Source: Phallusia mammillata
Lineage: Eukaryota
Reading direction: 5' to 3'
Assembly (NCBI GenBank): GCA_965637545.1
Contig: OZ281500.1
Location: 6,138,001-6,202,000, forward strand
DNA length: 64,000 nucleotides
Part shown: positions 1 through 13,047 of the stretch, one piece after another
How the letters are laid out: each line of letters opens with the position of its first letter
Position numbering within the stretch: position 1 is the first letter of the stretch
The notes under the pieces: model-generated
Database searches by the model: none
What the model saw: the letters and a program-made list of their open reading frames with translations, nothing else
What the model was told of the DNA's origin: nothing
Made by a program: the position numbers and the translations under genes

Positions 1-745
1 TATAATAGTTTATTCAGTTGCAGAATAGTCTAGCTCCGAGGAATTAATGAACAAGCAATACGTTAATGCGTCTATAAGAACAAACAAAAGCAGGTTGGCC
101 ATTGGAAATAGGTGCGTACAGATTCTATGAAAAAAATGCTTTCAATTTGACAAATACGAAGGCAGAACATCAACTTCTTCACGTGTAAGACTTTACACTT
201 CACACACACGTCGCTTTATAAACTTAGCAAAATGGTCCAAAGAGGTATCTCGCTTAGTTACAAAGCTGTGACCAAATCAAATCCGTGTAACAAATATCAT
301 TTTAACGTCATAGAACGTGCAGAAACACTTGCAGTAACACAAATGTGCACTTAACAGACAATCGCTTGTCACATAGCCGCAATCAGATACATACCGAAAG
401 CCTATTCAGGATGGCTATGCCCAAGAGCCAAGACAACAATGCACAGCATCAAGATGACCGCCAAACAACAGACATAATAGTAAGAGACAAAATCCTGACC
501 ATAATGCACAGTATACCAAGGAACTTAAACCTACCAAGTGTTCAGAATTTAACCATATTCCAGTTCACACCACCATCTACACGACTTTCTTATCATCACA
601 GCTGTGACACACACAAAAACTAGAAACACGCCTTGAAAACAATCTTTTCGGACATGTCCTGGAAATTTCTCTGCAACTTACGCATGCGCGACGTAACAAT
701 AAAAATCGTGTAGAATATGCAATAAAGCATAGAGTTGCACAAACA

Positions 746-1070
746 TAGGGTTACAAAACGTCCGCAGTTTCCCGGACATGTCCGAAAATTTCACGTAAAA
801 TCTGAATCCGGACATAATTTGTAAAAACATTCTTAACCAGAGAGTCGCACCGCTTATCATATGGGTTCAGGTTCGGTTCGGGTTCCGTTTGTTTTTAGGG
901 GTTCGGAATCGGCTCAGGTTTTAATAAATCTATGTTCGTGGGTTCGGGTTTTGTTTGGTTCAAATCTCTTTTCGTTTATTTTCATTCTACCCATCATCTT
1001 CAAGACCTTATCAAACTCTCAAAGAATTTTGACTGTACACAGTTCGCAGGTTCTAGTTCAGTTCAGGCTA
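746..1070. mobile_element. hAT-like MITE fragments
   Basis: TAGGGTTAC...CGTCC...CCCGGACATGTCC start at 746 resembles a Tip100-type hAT terminus; GGACATGTCC also occurs near 650; GGTTCGG/GGTTCAG-rich repeats at 863-1070. No paired end or TSD found. Confidence 0.3.
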
Positions 1071-2466
1071 TTGGATGAGTAACAATGTAGTGAATAAATA
1101 TATTTCAATACTTCGGTTAGAAAGAAATTGTAAGTTTTTACATTTACTGAAATTACGAAAGTGTAATTACATTTGCGGACGCATTTTTGTCAAACTGTTT
1201 TAGTTTTTCCCCAGAACTAAGGGTGGAATTTACGCGGCACTAAGTAGTAACATTGTTGTTGGCATTCATTTAGGTAATAACTAATTCTTAACTTGTCGTG
1301 AATATTTTAGATACACGGTTTTTCAGCACAAAGGTGGATCCAAATTTTCATGTGCGCCGGCAATTTCATCTGTAGGCTATACTGTTATAACATTATAAAT
1401 GCACATTTTTGTGACTAAAAGAGTTTTAAATATCCGGTGGTTGTGAAGCCTTGCACACACAGTTGTCAAAATTATCTTTATCGACGTCATTCTGTTTATA
1501 GTAACATAAACAAAGTTACGCTTTCCACGTCTGTAGAGGTATTTTTGTTTGCTAGTTTTGAAAAATATCGATCTTTCATTAAACAGTATATGTTGTCGAA
1601 AAAGTTAATTTGTGCGAATAAAATGTAAAACAATGTGTTGTGTGCATGTGCAATGCAATACTTTGAAAATATAGTGTAGGTGTTATTTTAGATAATTTTG
1701 TTGTATAGCAACTTAAATTAAGCGTTTAGTGACGCATTAAAACGGATAGGAGAACATGTGTTGCCGTTGGTCTTCAGTGCAATCAAAACTATTTTACAGC
1801 TTCAAACTCTAAAGGTGGTAGCCTAACCCTTAACTTTTTCACTATGTTTGCATTTGTGTAAACAAGTTGCAGCGTATGGCGCGACCGTAACAAACGGTTA
1901 CATCAATTGATTGGTGGACTTAAATCCGTTATCGCTTGTTATGTGGAAGAAACACGTCTTCACAGGCAAATACACTTAAACACATCACAAGTAGGCTAAG
2001 TTCGCTATCAATAATTTCTACTATTTGAACAACGGATATTTTGAATTTAGCTGCAGGTTACCCAGATATAATATATTAGAACAGCACATAACTTAAGTGT
2101 ATTAGAACAGCATATAAGTGTTGGACAAATTTAGTTTCAGTGTTTATAATTGTCCAGCATTATAATTGTCTGTATTTAATGCCACGATACATCATCAATC
2201 ATTTCATATTTTGACCTACCCAAACAGGCCTTTCCCCTTTTTTAAAATTGTCTTGTGCCTATTTTACAATTTTCTCATCTTACAATAACTTAAGAAGAAC
2301 AATAGCGCCTTCAATGGCACTGGCGTACTGTGATTTACAATAACTTACATGTAATAGCTATTTGAATTGTGTTTCTTTCATAACGCTTACGCATTATTCC
2401 TACTTTTTATCCTGTTAACCGACCAAAATATCTGGATATCGGATAGCAAAAAATATACTCGGTTAA

Positions 2467-3698
2467 CCCTTTAACTGCCACGGGCGCATAAATGCGCATG
2501 GAGACATGCCTCGTTGTTAACAGCGACAAAAATCGTATTAGTGCGAATTTTTTTTCCAACCCCGGTGCGTTAGAAAGCTTATGCATATTGGCTTCAATTT
2601 ATTTGAAAAAAATGATATGTTAGTATTTGAAAAAAATTAATTACAGTAAGGAGAAAGTGAAAATTCAGAAAAAAACAAGTTTTTTTCAAATTTTTGTTTT
2701 TGAGCCGTTTTTTGATATTTTACGCTTGACTGATTCACAGACAGCTGCTTGGAGTTGATTTCAAGGCTTTGCGTGCGTGTTGCAGCCATCTTTGTTTACA
2801 ATTTGATATGTGTGCAGCTGAATTGGGCTTGAAAGTGGGTAGTTAGGGCCTGCAAATTTGCCTTGATTTGCTTGAATATACAACTGTATGAGTCAGTTTA
2901 GCTTTATTATTAGTGGTGACTACAGTTATTTATCAAGAAAACAACTGTTGCAAAAGCACTTTGACTTTGGAAGTTGGTGCTTGCTGACCTATATTATGAT
3001 TGTATCTGGCCCACAAATGCATTTACATTTGTCAAATGATGAGGAGATGTGGCCTCACGAATGGACAACAAATACAGAAGAATCAATGCAAAGTACCTTG
3101 GGAAGGCTTGAAATTGTGTTTTTTCTGCAAACTTATATGCACTGTGTTTACAAATTTTACATGTTGTGGTGTAATAATACCTAATAAACATTCCATTTAA
3201 AAAAACTTGTGAATACATTATGTGTGTATAGCTGGTTGGTAAACATTATAATAAGTCAGTGAAATGTCAAATTAGCCAATAAATATTATTGAAAACAAGT
3301 TCCATACCCTCAAAAACATTAATTTTATCATTTAACACTGTAAAATAACAAACTAAAATTAATGATTATGACGTCATGAGCTAATTAATGACGTAATCAA
3401 TATAACACAGATAAAATTTTGTAACGAAATGTTTGTAAAACAACTTGTAACTAATAATTGTAACGAAAAACATCAATAAACTGCAATTTCTTGAAAAAAT
3501 AGAATTAAAATGACGTCATTTCATAGGTGATGACGTCATCGAAATTTTTTTTATCTTAAAATTGTAGAAAATTATATACCCAACAACTTTCCCAGAGAAA
3601 GTTTTTGCCTATCTTCTATCGATTTGGCATAAAACCTAAAAGAGCAAGAGCATGTCTAAACATCATTTTTTGTCAAAACAAATTCGGCAGTTAAAGGG
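2467..3698. mobile_element. Non-autonomous piggyBac-type DNA transposon (1232 bp)
   Basis: Perfect 13-bp TIR CCCTTTAACTGCC (2467-2479) / GGCAGTTAAAGGG (3686-3698), flanked by TTAA at 2463-2466 and 3699-3702. TTAA TSD with CCC...GGG ends is the piggyBac signature. Confidence 0.9.
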
Positions 3699-4952
3699 TT
3701 AACCGTTAATCGGATAACTCAACCCTAGTCAAGGCAGTTTCGCAATCAGTTTGAAAGCATTTCTACAAAGGGTTTTTTATAATCACTATTTTTTCAATAA
3801 AATGCTATTGTACCATTTTTATCACACGCGAAAACAAAAAAAACGGGTTTGGCTATGTGAACTAGCGGATTGACCTTTATCGGTTTCAGCATCACTGATA
3901 GGTTTACACACGATAATAGATTACGTTTTGACTTTGTCAAGTTTATGATCGCAGCCCAGGGTTTTATTTGCAACTCGTTTGCAAATGACGTAAGCGACCC
4001 ATCGTTGTCTATAATCATACAGCACCCGACGGCAATCATGTTAATCAGTTGCAGGGTTGTTTTTGTCCACACAACATCCGTACAGATCTGGAACTACCGT
4101 TGACATAATAAACAAACAAGCAATATGCCAGATTTGTGGCTAAGCCTAGCCCTTTGAGGGACCTAACACAAGGCGCTTAAAGGTTAAGACCCAGCATTGG
4201 TGTTTCTTACCAAAGGTAAGGATTTAGGCCGAGAGTCGGATTTGGGGTAAGAGTTAAAACCTAGGGTAATCATACTTCACCGATTTCATTTTTGCAACCG
4301 ACATGGCTTGCAATGGTTTATGCAACCATGTTGCAAAATGAAATCTTCGGCTGACAACAGTAATTTAGAAAAAGTTAAATTGCAAGGAAAGGAAAGATCG
4401 ATGGTTTGGGACGGTAAAACTATTTAGCTGTTTTAAAAACACAAAACGACTTTACTGTCTGCAACCAAGGTTTCATGCTTTGAAGCGTTTAAAAATTACT
4501 TGTAGCCCATACGAAAGGCCCCAAACTATTTGTTCGAAAAAACGAAAAAGTTTAAACGAAAAGTCTTGTCTAATGATATTTTAACTGAACCCTTAGATAT
4601 TTGAATCGTCACGCTGCATGCATACTTGTAAACTTTTATATCGATCAAAAATGTTAATTAATTACTTTGAGTTGTCTTGTATGTATCTGTCTTCTTACTT
4701 GCATGAACCTTTCAATTATGCGAAGTCAGTGAGCGATATAGGATACGCGCTATCACGTTTCATCAAAATTGCCACCAGCGCGAGTTTCCATGTAAACTGG
4801 GTAGCCATATCCGCATAATTAAAGCTTTAAGCTTTTTGATCTTGTTTCTTATGGCTATGGCGCGTGACATATCGCTTGACGATTTTGTAGACTGTTTTTC
4901 AAGTAATTACCGTGCAAACGATCGCTTCGTGCAACAGCTATTTCAAAAACTG

Positions 4953-5129
4953 NNNNNNNNNNNNNNNNNNNNNNNNNNNNNNNNNNNNNNNNNNNNNNNN
5001 NNNNNNNNNNNNNNNNNNNNNNNNNNNNNNNNNNNNNNNNNNNNNNNNNNNNNNNNNNNNNNNNNNNNNNNNNNNNNNNNNNNNNNNNNNNNNNNNNNNN
5101 NNNNNNNNNNNNNNNNNNNNNNNNNNNNN
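4953..5129. other. Assembly gap (177 N)
   Basis: Run of N from 4953 to 5129. Confidence 1.
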
Positions 5130-5677
5130 AAAACAATCTCTGCCGGGATTACGCATTCGAAACGCCGCGCGCGAGCCCGCGCCGCGCACGAGAAGCGCCG
5201 CTCATCCGACACGCAATCGAGCGCGACGCGCGCTCGCTCATCCAGCGAAACTCGACAACTGGCGGACGACACTAGAAACGCAGAGTAAAAAGTCTATGAC
5301 GCACGCCATCTATTGACGGTTTACTGTATCGGTTGTTTGAAAGCCATGATCCGCTTTCTTGCAACAAACAAACAAACAAATAAATTAATAAATATATTTG
5401 ACTACGTCAAAACCGAAACAAATGTTCTGTGAATACAGGAATTCACACACAAAAGCAATTCCCTCTAGAATAAATAACTAAAAGCCCCCCCAGGTCAACA
5501 ACACCTGAACACAGATACCGGCAAGGTTAAACAAGGTCACACACACACACACAGGTACAGATCTTGCGCAAGTCGTTCACAAATCCATACTTCCTTTGAA
5601 ATTCCACGTAAAAAACACCTGCAGAGCAACGTCACCTGAAACTTCAGCCAAGGTAAGACTTCCTTCGGAAGTCACAT

Positions 5678-5725
5678 CTTCAAGTAAGGGGAAGTCCTGA
5701 TCTTCAAGAAAGGGGAAGTCCTGAT
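5678..5725. repeat. 24-bp tandem duplication inside the putative Maverick terminal repeat
   Basis: CTTCAAGTAAGGGGAAGTCCTGAT followed by CTTCAAGAAAGGGGAAGTCCTGAT (one mismatch). Confidence 0.9.
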
Positions 5726-7440
5726 CTTCAAGACGTCTTCAAAATGAGGAAGTCGGAAACCAAGACGTAGCCAAGACTTCCTGCGGAAGTCTTAAGACGT
5801 CTTCAAGGTCAAGGTCAAGGTAACCGGATGTCTTGCCCGGAACATGGGAATCTACGGACCATCTCTCTACTACTGTCGTCTTCATCAGGGTAAATAACAC
5901 TGAATGCGACTAGCACAGTGCACAATAAACTCTTATACTCTATTGATGATTAATAACATATAACGACATATTAATTAGTCATTGATACAACGCTGTCAAA
6001 ACTCAATTTCGGAAAATTAAAGTGTCAGGTTCCGTTTGTACAAAACAGCCAATTTTGATCATACTATTTTTTTTCCGCCTTTTATCGTTTTAGCATTCAA
6101 AAACGAGTTGTAGTTGAAAATAACAAATGCTCTACGCTAGGGGCATGTAACCGGCGCTCCGTTGTATTTCAATGCAGTACTAGCATAAAAACGTTCGAGT
6201 GGGTCAATGCCTCTGGTGCTATTTTTCTGCGAACTGACAAAGTACGGAACTCATAGGTTTTTTAGAGTGGCATCGGTAAAGTGGCAGTTGTGTCATATAG
6301 TCCAAAATGCTATGGTCATTAACTTACCGCCGAAGGATTATTGTACAAGAAATACTTTGACAATCTTTGCTGCTAATGTTCTATGATTCTTGAAATTTTG
6401 CAAACGACATTAGATTTTCAAAAAAATTAATAAAAAAATTGTTCTTGTCATGTATGAACAATTAAAGGCATCAAACAAATGTTTTACACTATGTTTGCGC
6501 GATATAGCTTAGTTTAACGTAAACACTGATAACAAACACTGAAATTCTATGGGAAGCTACATCAGGAACCGGAAAACACATATTAACTTTTGAAGGAAAC
6601 GCGTTAGCTATTGGCTACTGACTGCTAACAGTCGAACGCTTAGAAAAGCAGTGTTAAACATAAATATTTGCAGCGTTGGAAGTCAAGCGTACTTACAGCT
6701 GAAATCGAAGGAGAATCTATGGCTTTTCAGGAATGATTGGAAACTAATTTGTGTTTAGGTACACGTGTTTTATATTTATAAACGTAACATTAAAAAACAA
6801 AAAAAATGTGGTTTCTGTAACCTATCTCAGAGATTATGTGGCTGGTTTTGAAAAGCAATTCTATATCTTACAATACGAGTAAGTTTCACGTTCAAAACAT
6901 TACGTTAAACGTAAAAGAATGTTTTATTGTTGCAGCTAAGCTAAAAGTGTGTGGAAAAGATCAATTAAATTATCGTATTTCCCCATGCAAATCCTGATGA
7001 ATTGTTACAAACTGCCCCAACCATGCAGACTGAATCATTTAGAAAACCTGTCTTAATTATTATACCGGGGTTGTGTGCGTCAAAATTCTATTTGCAAGGG
7101 GTACATAAATTGGTTTGTATAAACGTATTGTTGGTTAAAAAATCCAACACTCACTGTCAGTACATTGGTAAAGTCAGAATTTTAAGACATTGGCATAAAC
7201 ATCGCGCACTCGAGTTATTTGAGCGCCGTTTAGCAACCGCATAAGTTTGCACGCAAACGCCTTAAGGCGTGCTGACATAACATTGATGCTGCGGTCAATG
7301 CTACGTGTTTAAATTTACTGCATCAACAGTGTAGCACAAGCAATGCAAAACGTTGTGCAAAAATGCATTTTGTCTTAAAGGTTGTAGTGTAGGAACAAGC
7401 CGTCGGGATTTAGACATTTGCATTCTGTAGGACACTGAAA

Positions 7441-9381
7441 ATGGCGTCTGGACAACCGCAAGAAAAGTTTGAAATGAAAAAACGGATCGGTTTGCTTGCC
7501 GGCGTTGCAATAACTACTGGATCAATGGTTGGAACTGGAATTTTCATGTCGCCAGTTGGACTGCTGAAAAACATGCATGGGAGCGTCGGTTTAAGTCTGA
7601 TCATGTGGTTTGCATGTGGTCTCATTGCTTTGATGTCGTCTCTTTGCTACTGTGAGTTGGGTATCACGTTTGGAGCATCAGGGGGCGATTACAATAACTT
7701 TAAGCTGGCCTACGGTGCGCCGCTTGGATTCCTCTACGTTTGGACCAACTTTTTAATACAACCTGGCCAAGCTGCCAGTTATTTGGTGTTTGGGAGGTAC
7801 TTGTCAATATTGATCATAGGTGAAGGTTGTAATCCACCCGAAGCTGCAGTCAAGCTCTTTGCGCTTTTTCTTCCTTACTCTTTAGTTTACGTCAATTACA
7901 GAAGCGTGAAAAGCTCTTTAGCACTGGAAATAATGTTTGCTCTCATCAAATTTTCCGTTTTGCTCGTCATCATTTTCGGAGGCTTGATTCGTTTGGCTGG
8001 AGGCAGTAAAGCGGGATTAAACAACTTTCGAACTGCTTTTTCTATGGATCAAATATCCGAGATCACTGTTTCGGACGTGGCCAGGGCTTTTTACCAGGGC
8101 ATGTTTCCCTATGTGGGATGGCCGATCCTCAATCAGCTCACAGAAGAGATAAAAGACGTAAAACAAAACATGACAAAGTTGGCTGTATTTTCAATTCTCC
8201 CAGTGATTGCAATATACATGTTGGTGAACATCGCATACTTTTCAGGTACTGTTGTCTTTTCAAATCAACCAAAACGAGTCAAAATATCGTTGTTACTTCT
8301 TCACGTCATGATGTATGCATGTTTAGAATCCCCTTTGCAAGTTTTTCCTATTGGTTTTTCTTAGTTACGAAATCCACGTAATATCGTGTTTTGTTTCAAA
8401 CCATTCTTGGTATTCTAGCCCCAAGACCAATTACCCGTCGCCGAAAGGCTTTGTTCTATGATTATACACAGCTCAAAATGTTTTGTCACAATATCTAATC
8501 AAACTCAAGTGTAAATTAATCAGTATCGTTTTTTAGTTCTACCATTGTCCGAAATGCTATCTTCAAACGCAGTGGGCGTTGCCTTTGCTGATAAGGTTCT
8601 GGGTCCAATGGCTTGGATCGTTCCGGTTTGTGTGTGCATCTCGATTATTGGAAGTCAAAATGGTGATGTTATGGGCGATTCCCGGGTCCCATTTGTTGCG
8701 GCAAGGGCTGGTTTAATGCCGAAGGTAAACCCTTGTTCCTACATTCTTCCGTTTTTAACTATTTTGCATTTCAGATACTGTCCATGATACACCTGGAATA
8801 CTATACACCTGCAGCCGCTTTGATGTCGACGTTTCTGGTCTCATTTGCTTACATCTTAATTGGCGATTTTGACACTTTGATATACGCGTTTGGCTTTACA
8901 TATTGGATCATTTACGGTCTGAGCGCAGCGAGTCTTCTCATACTGAGATGGAAAATGCCAGACCTTGAAAGACCTTACAAGGTGTGTTTGAGGTGCATGA
9001 GTACAAGGGTCAAAATTTAACATTAAGCATATCATTTACGGTTTAAAATTTGCTAAGTTGGCCGTTTGCAAGAATCTAAAACAACGTTTTCATCCCAAAA
9101 TTCTTTTTTAGGTTCCTATTCTCGTTCCTGTATCAGTGTGCTTGATATCATTGTTTATGGTAATCGCACCGCTGGTTCAAAACCCAAGTCCAATCTATTT
9201 CTACTCGATCGCTTTCTACATTATTACGCTCATTGCATATTACTTGTACATGGTGAGAGGTTGGCGAATCCCAGGCACGCATAGAATCACAATATTATTT
9301 CAGAAAATTGCTGTCGTGGCTGCAACCGACTGGGAAGGATTTGAATACGAAAAACCCAACATTCAATCTCCAACTGCTTAG
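7441..9381 (+). CDS. SLC7 amino acid transporter light chain (LAT/b0,+AT-like), copy A, intact, 489 aa
   Basis: Exons 7441-8245, 8537-8724, 8775-8981, 9112-9381 with GT-AG junctions give 1470 nt in frame. Motifs MVGTGIF (TM1), ELG...SGGDY, EL2 Cys (GEGCNPP) for the SLC3 disulfide, FPYVGW (TM6), RWKMPDLERPYKV. Confidence 0.95.
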
Positions 9382-10619
9382 AATTATAATGTTTATTTAA
9401 ACTAGGTTTCAAACAATTATTTATTTATCCATTATGTTTATTTTTCATCCATACCAGCGTTTAAAGGTAAATATCGCTTTGTTTATGTTTTGCTCACATA
9501 GCCCGCATATTATTGCAAAGTTTCAGCTAAACTTAATCCATGGCTTCAACCCATACGTGGTTTTGCATTAATTTTTGTGTACGCCTATAAGGGAATAAGA
9601 TTTTTATTGTGTAAATAAAAAATTCGATATACATCTGTGCAAAATGGCACCAACGTTTCATATTTGGTTTCGGTATAACGCCTTTAATGGGCCTGGCGTA
9701 CTGTGATTTATATATGAGTGTGTCGTGATTGCAGGTCTGACTAACCCCAGTTATGAATTTATTTTCATCCTAACTGGTGTTAGGGAAATGATTTTTTTAC
9801 AATGTAAGTTTAGTGGCTGTAAAATACCAAATACCAAAAATACACAGTGGATACTTGTAATAACTACAAACTCAAGACTTGAATGTCCATTTCTGACTTC
9901 CATTATTGCGACCAGAGTTGAAAGTCGGATCGGGTTTTTCGGGACTGGTTTGGGGCGTGTTTATGAGTTTCAAAGAACCTGCCTTGATTCGGGCCTGACT
10001 TTACAGTTTGCATCATTTCTGCAGCAATTTTACCAACTTTTGTGTCTAATTCAGGTATCGTTTTTTTACACAAACCAGATAAAAAAAATGTAAGATTGTT
10101 TTGCCTGCACTGTTTCAACGGGAAACATACTGCATGTAGCTACGGGGCATAAATGATAATGCGTTTCCGCAGCGTGATTTGGATGTATGTTTTTGTTGCA
10201 TCTGTTGGCTCATTATGTCGGTTTTGTTGCAGTCACTGGTTTTTGATCATCAAATCAAGATGCACTACAAATTGCTACAATAGTATTCTGCTTTAGAAGT
10301 GTTCGTAACGTTTTGCATGAAATTACTGAGATATGTATGTTATAGATAGGATAGATAATTAAAAAGAGTTTCTTCGGAGTTCCATTCCAGTTACAGTTGA
10401 TTTAAAAGTTTGTTGATGTGAACGCGTGTAGACTGTAGAATGTAGTTGCAAATTAAGTGACAAACTTCCCACAATCTTACCTTTTTTGAAAAAAAATAGA
10501 TACTTATGACGCATTTGCAGTTTCACCAAAGTAATGTTATTTGACTCTCCAGGTTAGTTTTGTATCATATTTTATTGAGTGAAGTTTTTGAATCCACAAT
10601 AGCATTTAAGAAAACAGCT

Positions 10620-13047
10620 ATGTCTACATCTGATGGTGAACAAACAGGCAGGGAGCAAAAATTCGAACTTAAGAAACAAATCGGGCTTTGGGGTGCGGTT
10701 GCCTTGGCAACGAGTTCAATGGTTGGTTCGGGAATATTTGTCTCCCCAGTCGGAGTTCTAAACGCTGTCCACGGCAGCGTCGGTGTCAGTCTCCTTATTT
10801 GGTTCGGATGTGGCGTCATCGCTATGATGTCATCACTTTGCTATTGTGAACTCGGAACGACGTTCGGTGTATCGGGTGGGGACTACAATAACTTCAAGCT
10901 CGCCTACGGACCTCTCATGGCATTTTTATTGGTTTGTAGCAAAAGCTTTTGGCAACCGGGTAACGCTGCCACTTTGCAAATTTTCGCTCGCTACTTGCTT
11001 GGGCCATTATTTGGCGACGGTTGCAATCCACCGGAGGTCGCCATTAAAGTTATCGCTTTTCTTACTCTTTCATTCCTCATTTATCTGAACCACCGAAGCG
11101 TTACAACCAGCGTCTATTTTGAGATATTTTTCACCGCTGTGAAATTTCTTGCTTTGATGATGATAGCTGTGGTTGGAATCGTTCATTTGACGAACGGGAG
11201 ACGTGCTGGGATTTACAACTTCCAGCATGCGTTTGACTCACCGCAAACGTCAAAGTTGACCCTTGCGGATATCGCTCGGGGTTTCCATTTTGGAATTTTT
11301 CCCTACAGTGGGTGGTCAATGCTGAACAACGTGACCGAAGAAATTCAGGACATGAAGAAGAATTTGCCGCGCGCCGCAATTTTATCATTGACCTCTGTCA
11401 CCATCATTTATCTATTTGTCAACGTCGGATATCTTTCAGGTACAAATTAGTTGGTAAAATATTTTTATTATCACTTCATGTCAATAACCTTTGTTATTAT
11501 GCTTAAAGTTTAGTCTTTTCGGGTGTATGGTTGGTTTGGAGCAATTTTTCCTTTTTAAGCGTGATTCTGTATTCGAATCTCTTTGATTTTGAAATGAGCA
11601 AAAATCGGTTTTCCTTTTTGCAGTGCTTGGTGTTCCAGAGATGTTGTCAAGCAAAGCGGTAGCTGTGGATTTTGCCCAACAAGTCCTCGGTGCAATGGCC
11701 TGGTTTATTCCCACCGCTGTTTGTATTTCCTCTGTCGGAACCCAGAACGCAAGTTACCTCTCTGAAGCGAGAATCGCGTTTGTGGCTGCGAGATCAGGAT
11801 TCATGCCAATGGTAATAAAATGATAAACATACCAGTCTGTAGGAAGGTCAAATATCTTTTGCTCTTAACCCAATAGAAAATCATGTGCTTTATAAGTCCC
11901 ATAGCTATTTATAAAGGACAGCTACGTGAATTGTATTTAGATCTTCTTGGATAAACTAAGTATTACGTTTCTTCACATAAAAGGTGTATGACATAAGAAA
12001 CGTAAAAGGTCTGTAAAATAAAGAGTTACATTTGTACTGTAGCATTTAAAAGTTCTTTGGACAACTTGCAAATGCATCAAATGCCTCCTAAAAACCTCCT
12101 AGGCTGAAAACTATTGGGTTAAACCCTTTTTTTGAATTGGTGTGCCGCAATTCTTTCATTTCTTGAAATGTTTACAACGTTTATGGTAACAGCTATATTC
12201 GACCATCCACGTTCAATGGATCTCACCCACAGTGGCTCTTTGTTCTCTCGGCCTTGTGATATCTTTTTTCCTTTTATTGGGAGACTTCGATGTTTTAATG
12301 GAGGCGTTTGGCTTTGTGATGTGGACCTTCTGCTTTCTCAGTGCAGCAAGTTTATTGATACTTAGATGGAAGATGCCAAATGTTCACAGACCATACAAGG
12401 TCAGAATGTGTTCTGTGTTAAATTACAAATGGCCTGTGAAACTGCACTATTACTTGTCATTTAAATGCGGTTAACTGTCTTACGTTATGGTAGTGGTCGT
12501 TAACATTTTTAATTGTTGGGATCCCTTTGAATTATTCAACTATTCCTCGCATCTCTTTTTGTATTTTTTTTAACTGGAAGTTTTATTACCTTACCCCCAG
12601 TGGTTGTATGCTCCCACACTCTAGGAACAGAATTTCTCCCGGTGTGGAACCCCTGCGCTAAGTTCATTTGGGTGTCTTTGTAATAGTATTTTTTCAGTGG
12701 AGTAAAACTTTTATTTTACTTGTACTGTTATTACCAGCAAACAGAATCGCTTTGCTATAGTCTTTACCAACATTTAATTGCTTCTATATTTTTAGGTGCC
12801 ATTGCTCATTCCAATCATCGTGTGTATCATGTCTGCTTACTTCGTGGTGGCTCCTCTTATCGATAACCCAAGTTTCGTTTACTTTTACGCCATCGGATTT
12901 TACTTGTTGATCTCCATCATTTATTACATATTCCTTGTTAGAAAGTGCAGGATTCCAGGTATGGAGAGATTCAACACATTTGTGCAGAAGTTTGTGCTCG
13001 TTGCTGAAACAGAATGGGAAGGATTCGAATACGAGAGGAATCACTAG
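10620..13047 (+). CDS. SLC7 light chain, copy B1, intact, 488 aa
   Basis: Exons 10620-11439, 11624-11811, 12193-12399, 12796-13047 (820+188+207+252 nt). Motifs MVGSGIF, GDGCNPP, FPYSGW. Confidence 0.95.

Larger units (their letters stand above)
4836..5874 (+). mobile_element. Probable Maverick/Polinton remnant: adenain-like protease C-terminus, gap, terminal repeat
   Basis: 4836-4952 reads LILFLMAMARDISLDDFVDCFSSNYRANDRFVQQLFQKL, resembling the recalled Maverick protease C-terminus pattern (FLxxRxRxxSxxxxxxxFxxxxxxNDxxV). After the gap is a CG-rich, GGAAGT/CAAGGTCA-rich tract ending CTCTCTACTACT at 5874, the reverse complement of the AGTAGT/AGAG Maverick terminus. Confidence 0.55.

Noticed and set aside
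345-623. 92-aa + strand ORF, and an exon-like hydrophobic - strand segment (395-530) with an in-frame TGA
   Set aside because: No recognisable domain. All three - strand frames contain stops, and no adjoining exon or SECIS could be identified.
2888-3218. ORFs inside the piggyBac element as transposase
   Set aside because: Only a faint Cys-rich resemblance to the C-terminal domain; no DDD core, and the element is too short.
4855-5316. Long ORFs spanning the N run
   Set aside because: Artefacts of translating through the gap; only 4836-4952 was considered informative.
5875-5892. Half hammerhead CCCTGATGAAGAC on the - strand next to the Maverick end; similar CTGATGA on the - strand near 60179
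   Set aside because: No correctly placed GAAA, stem II or stem I partner.
10007-10015. TTTGCATCA, an ATF4/amino-acid-response-element-like site upstream of B1
   Set aside because: A single AT-rich 9-mer is expected about once by chance in 64 kb, and it is not conserved upstream of other intact copies.
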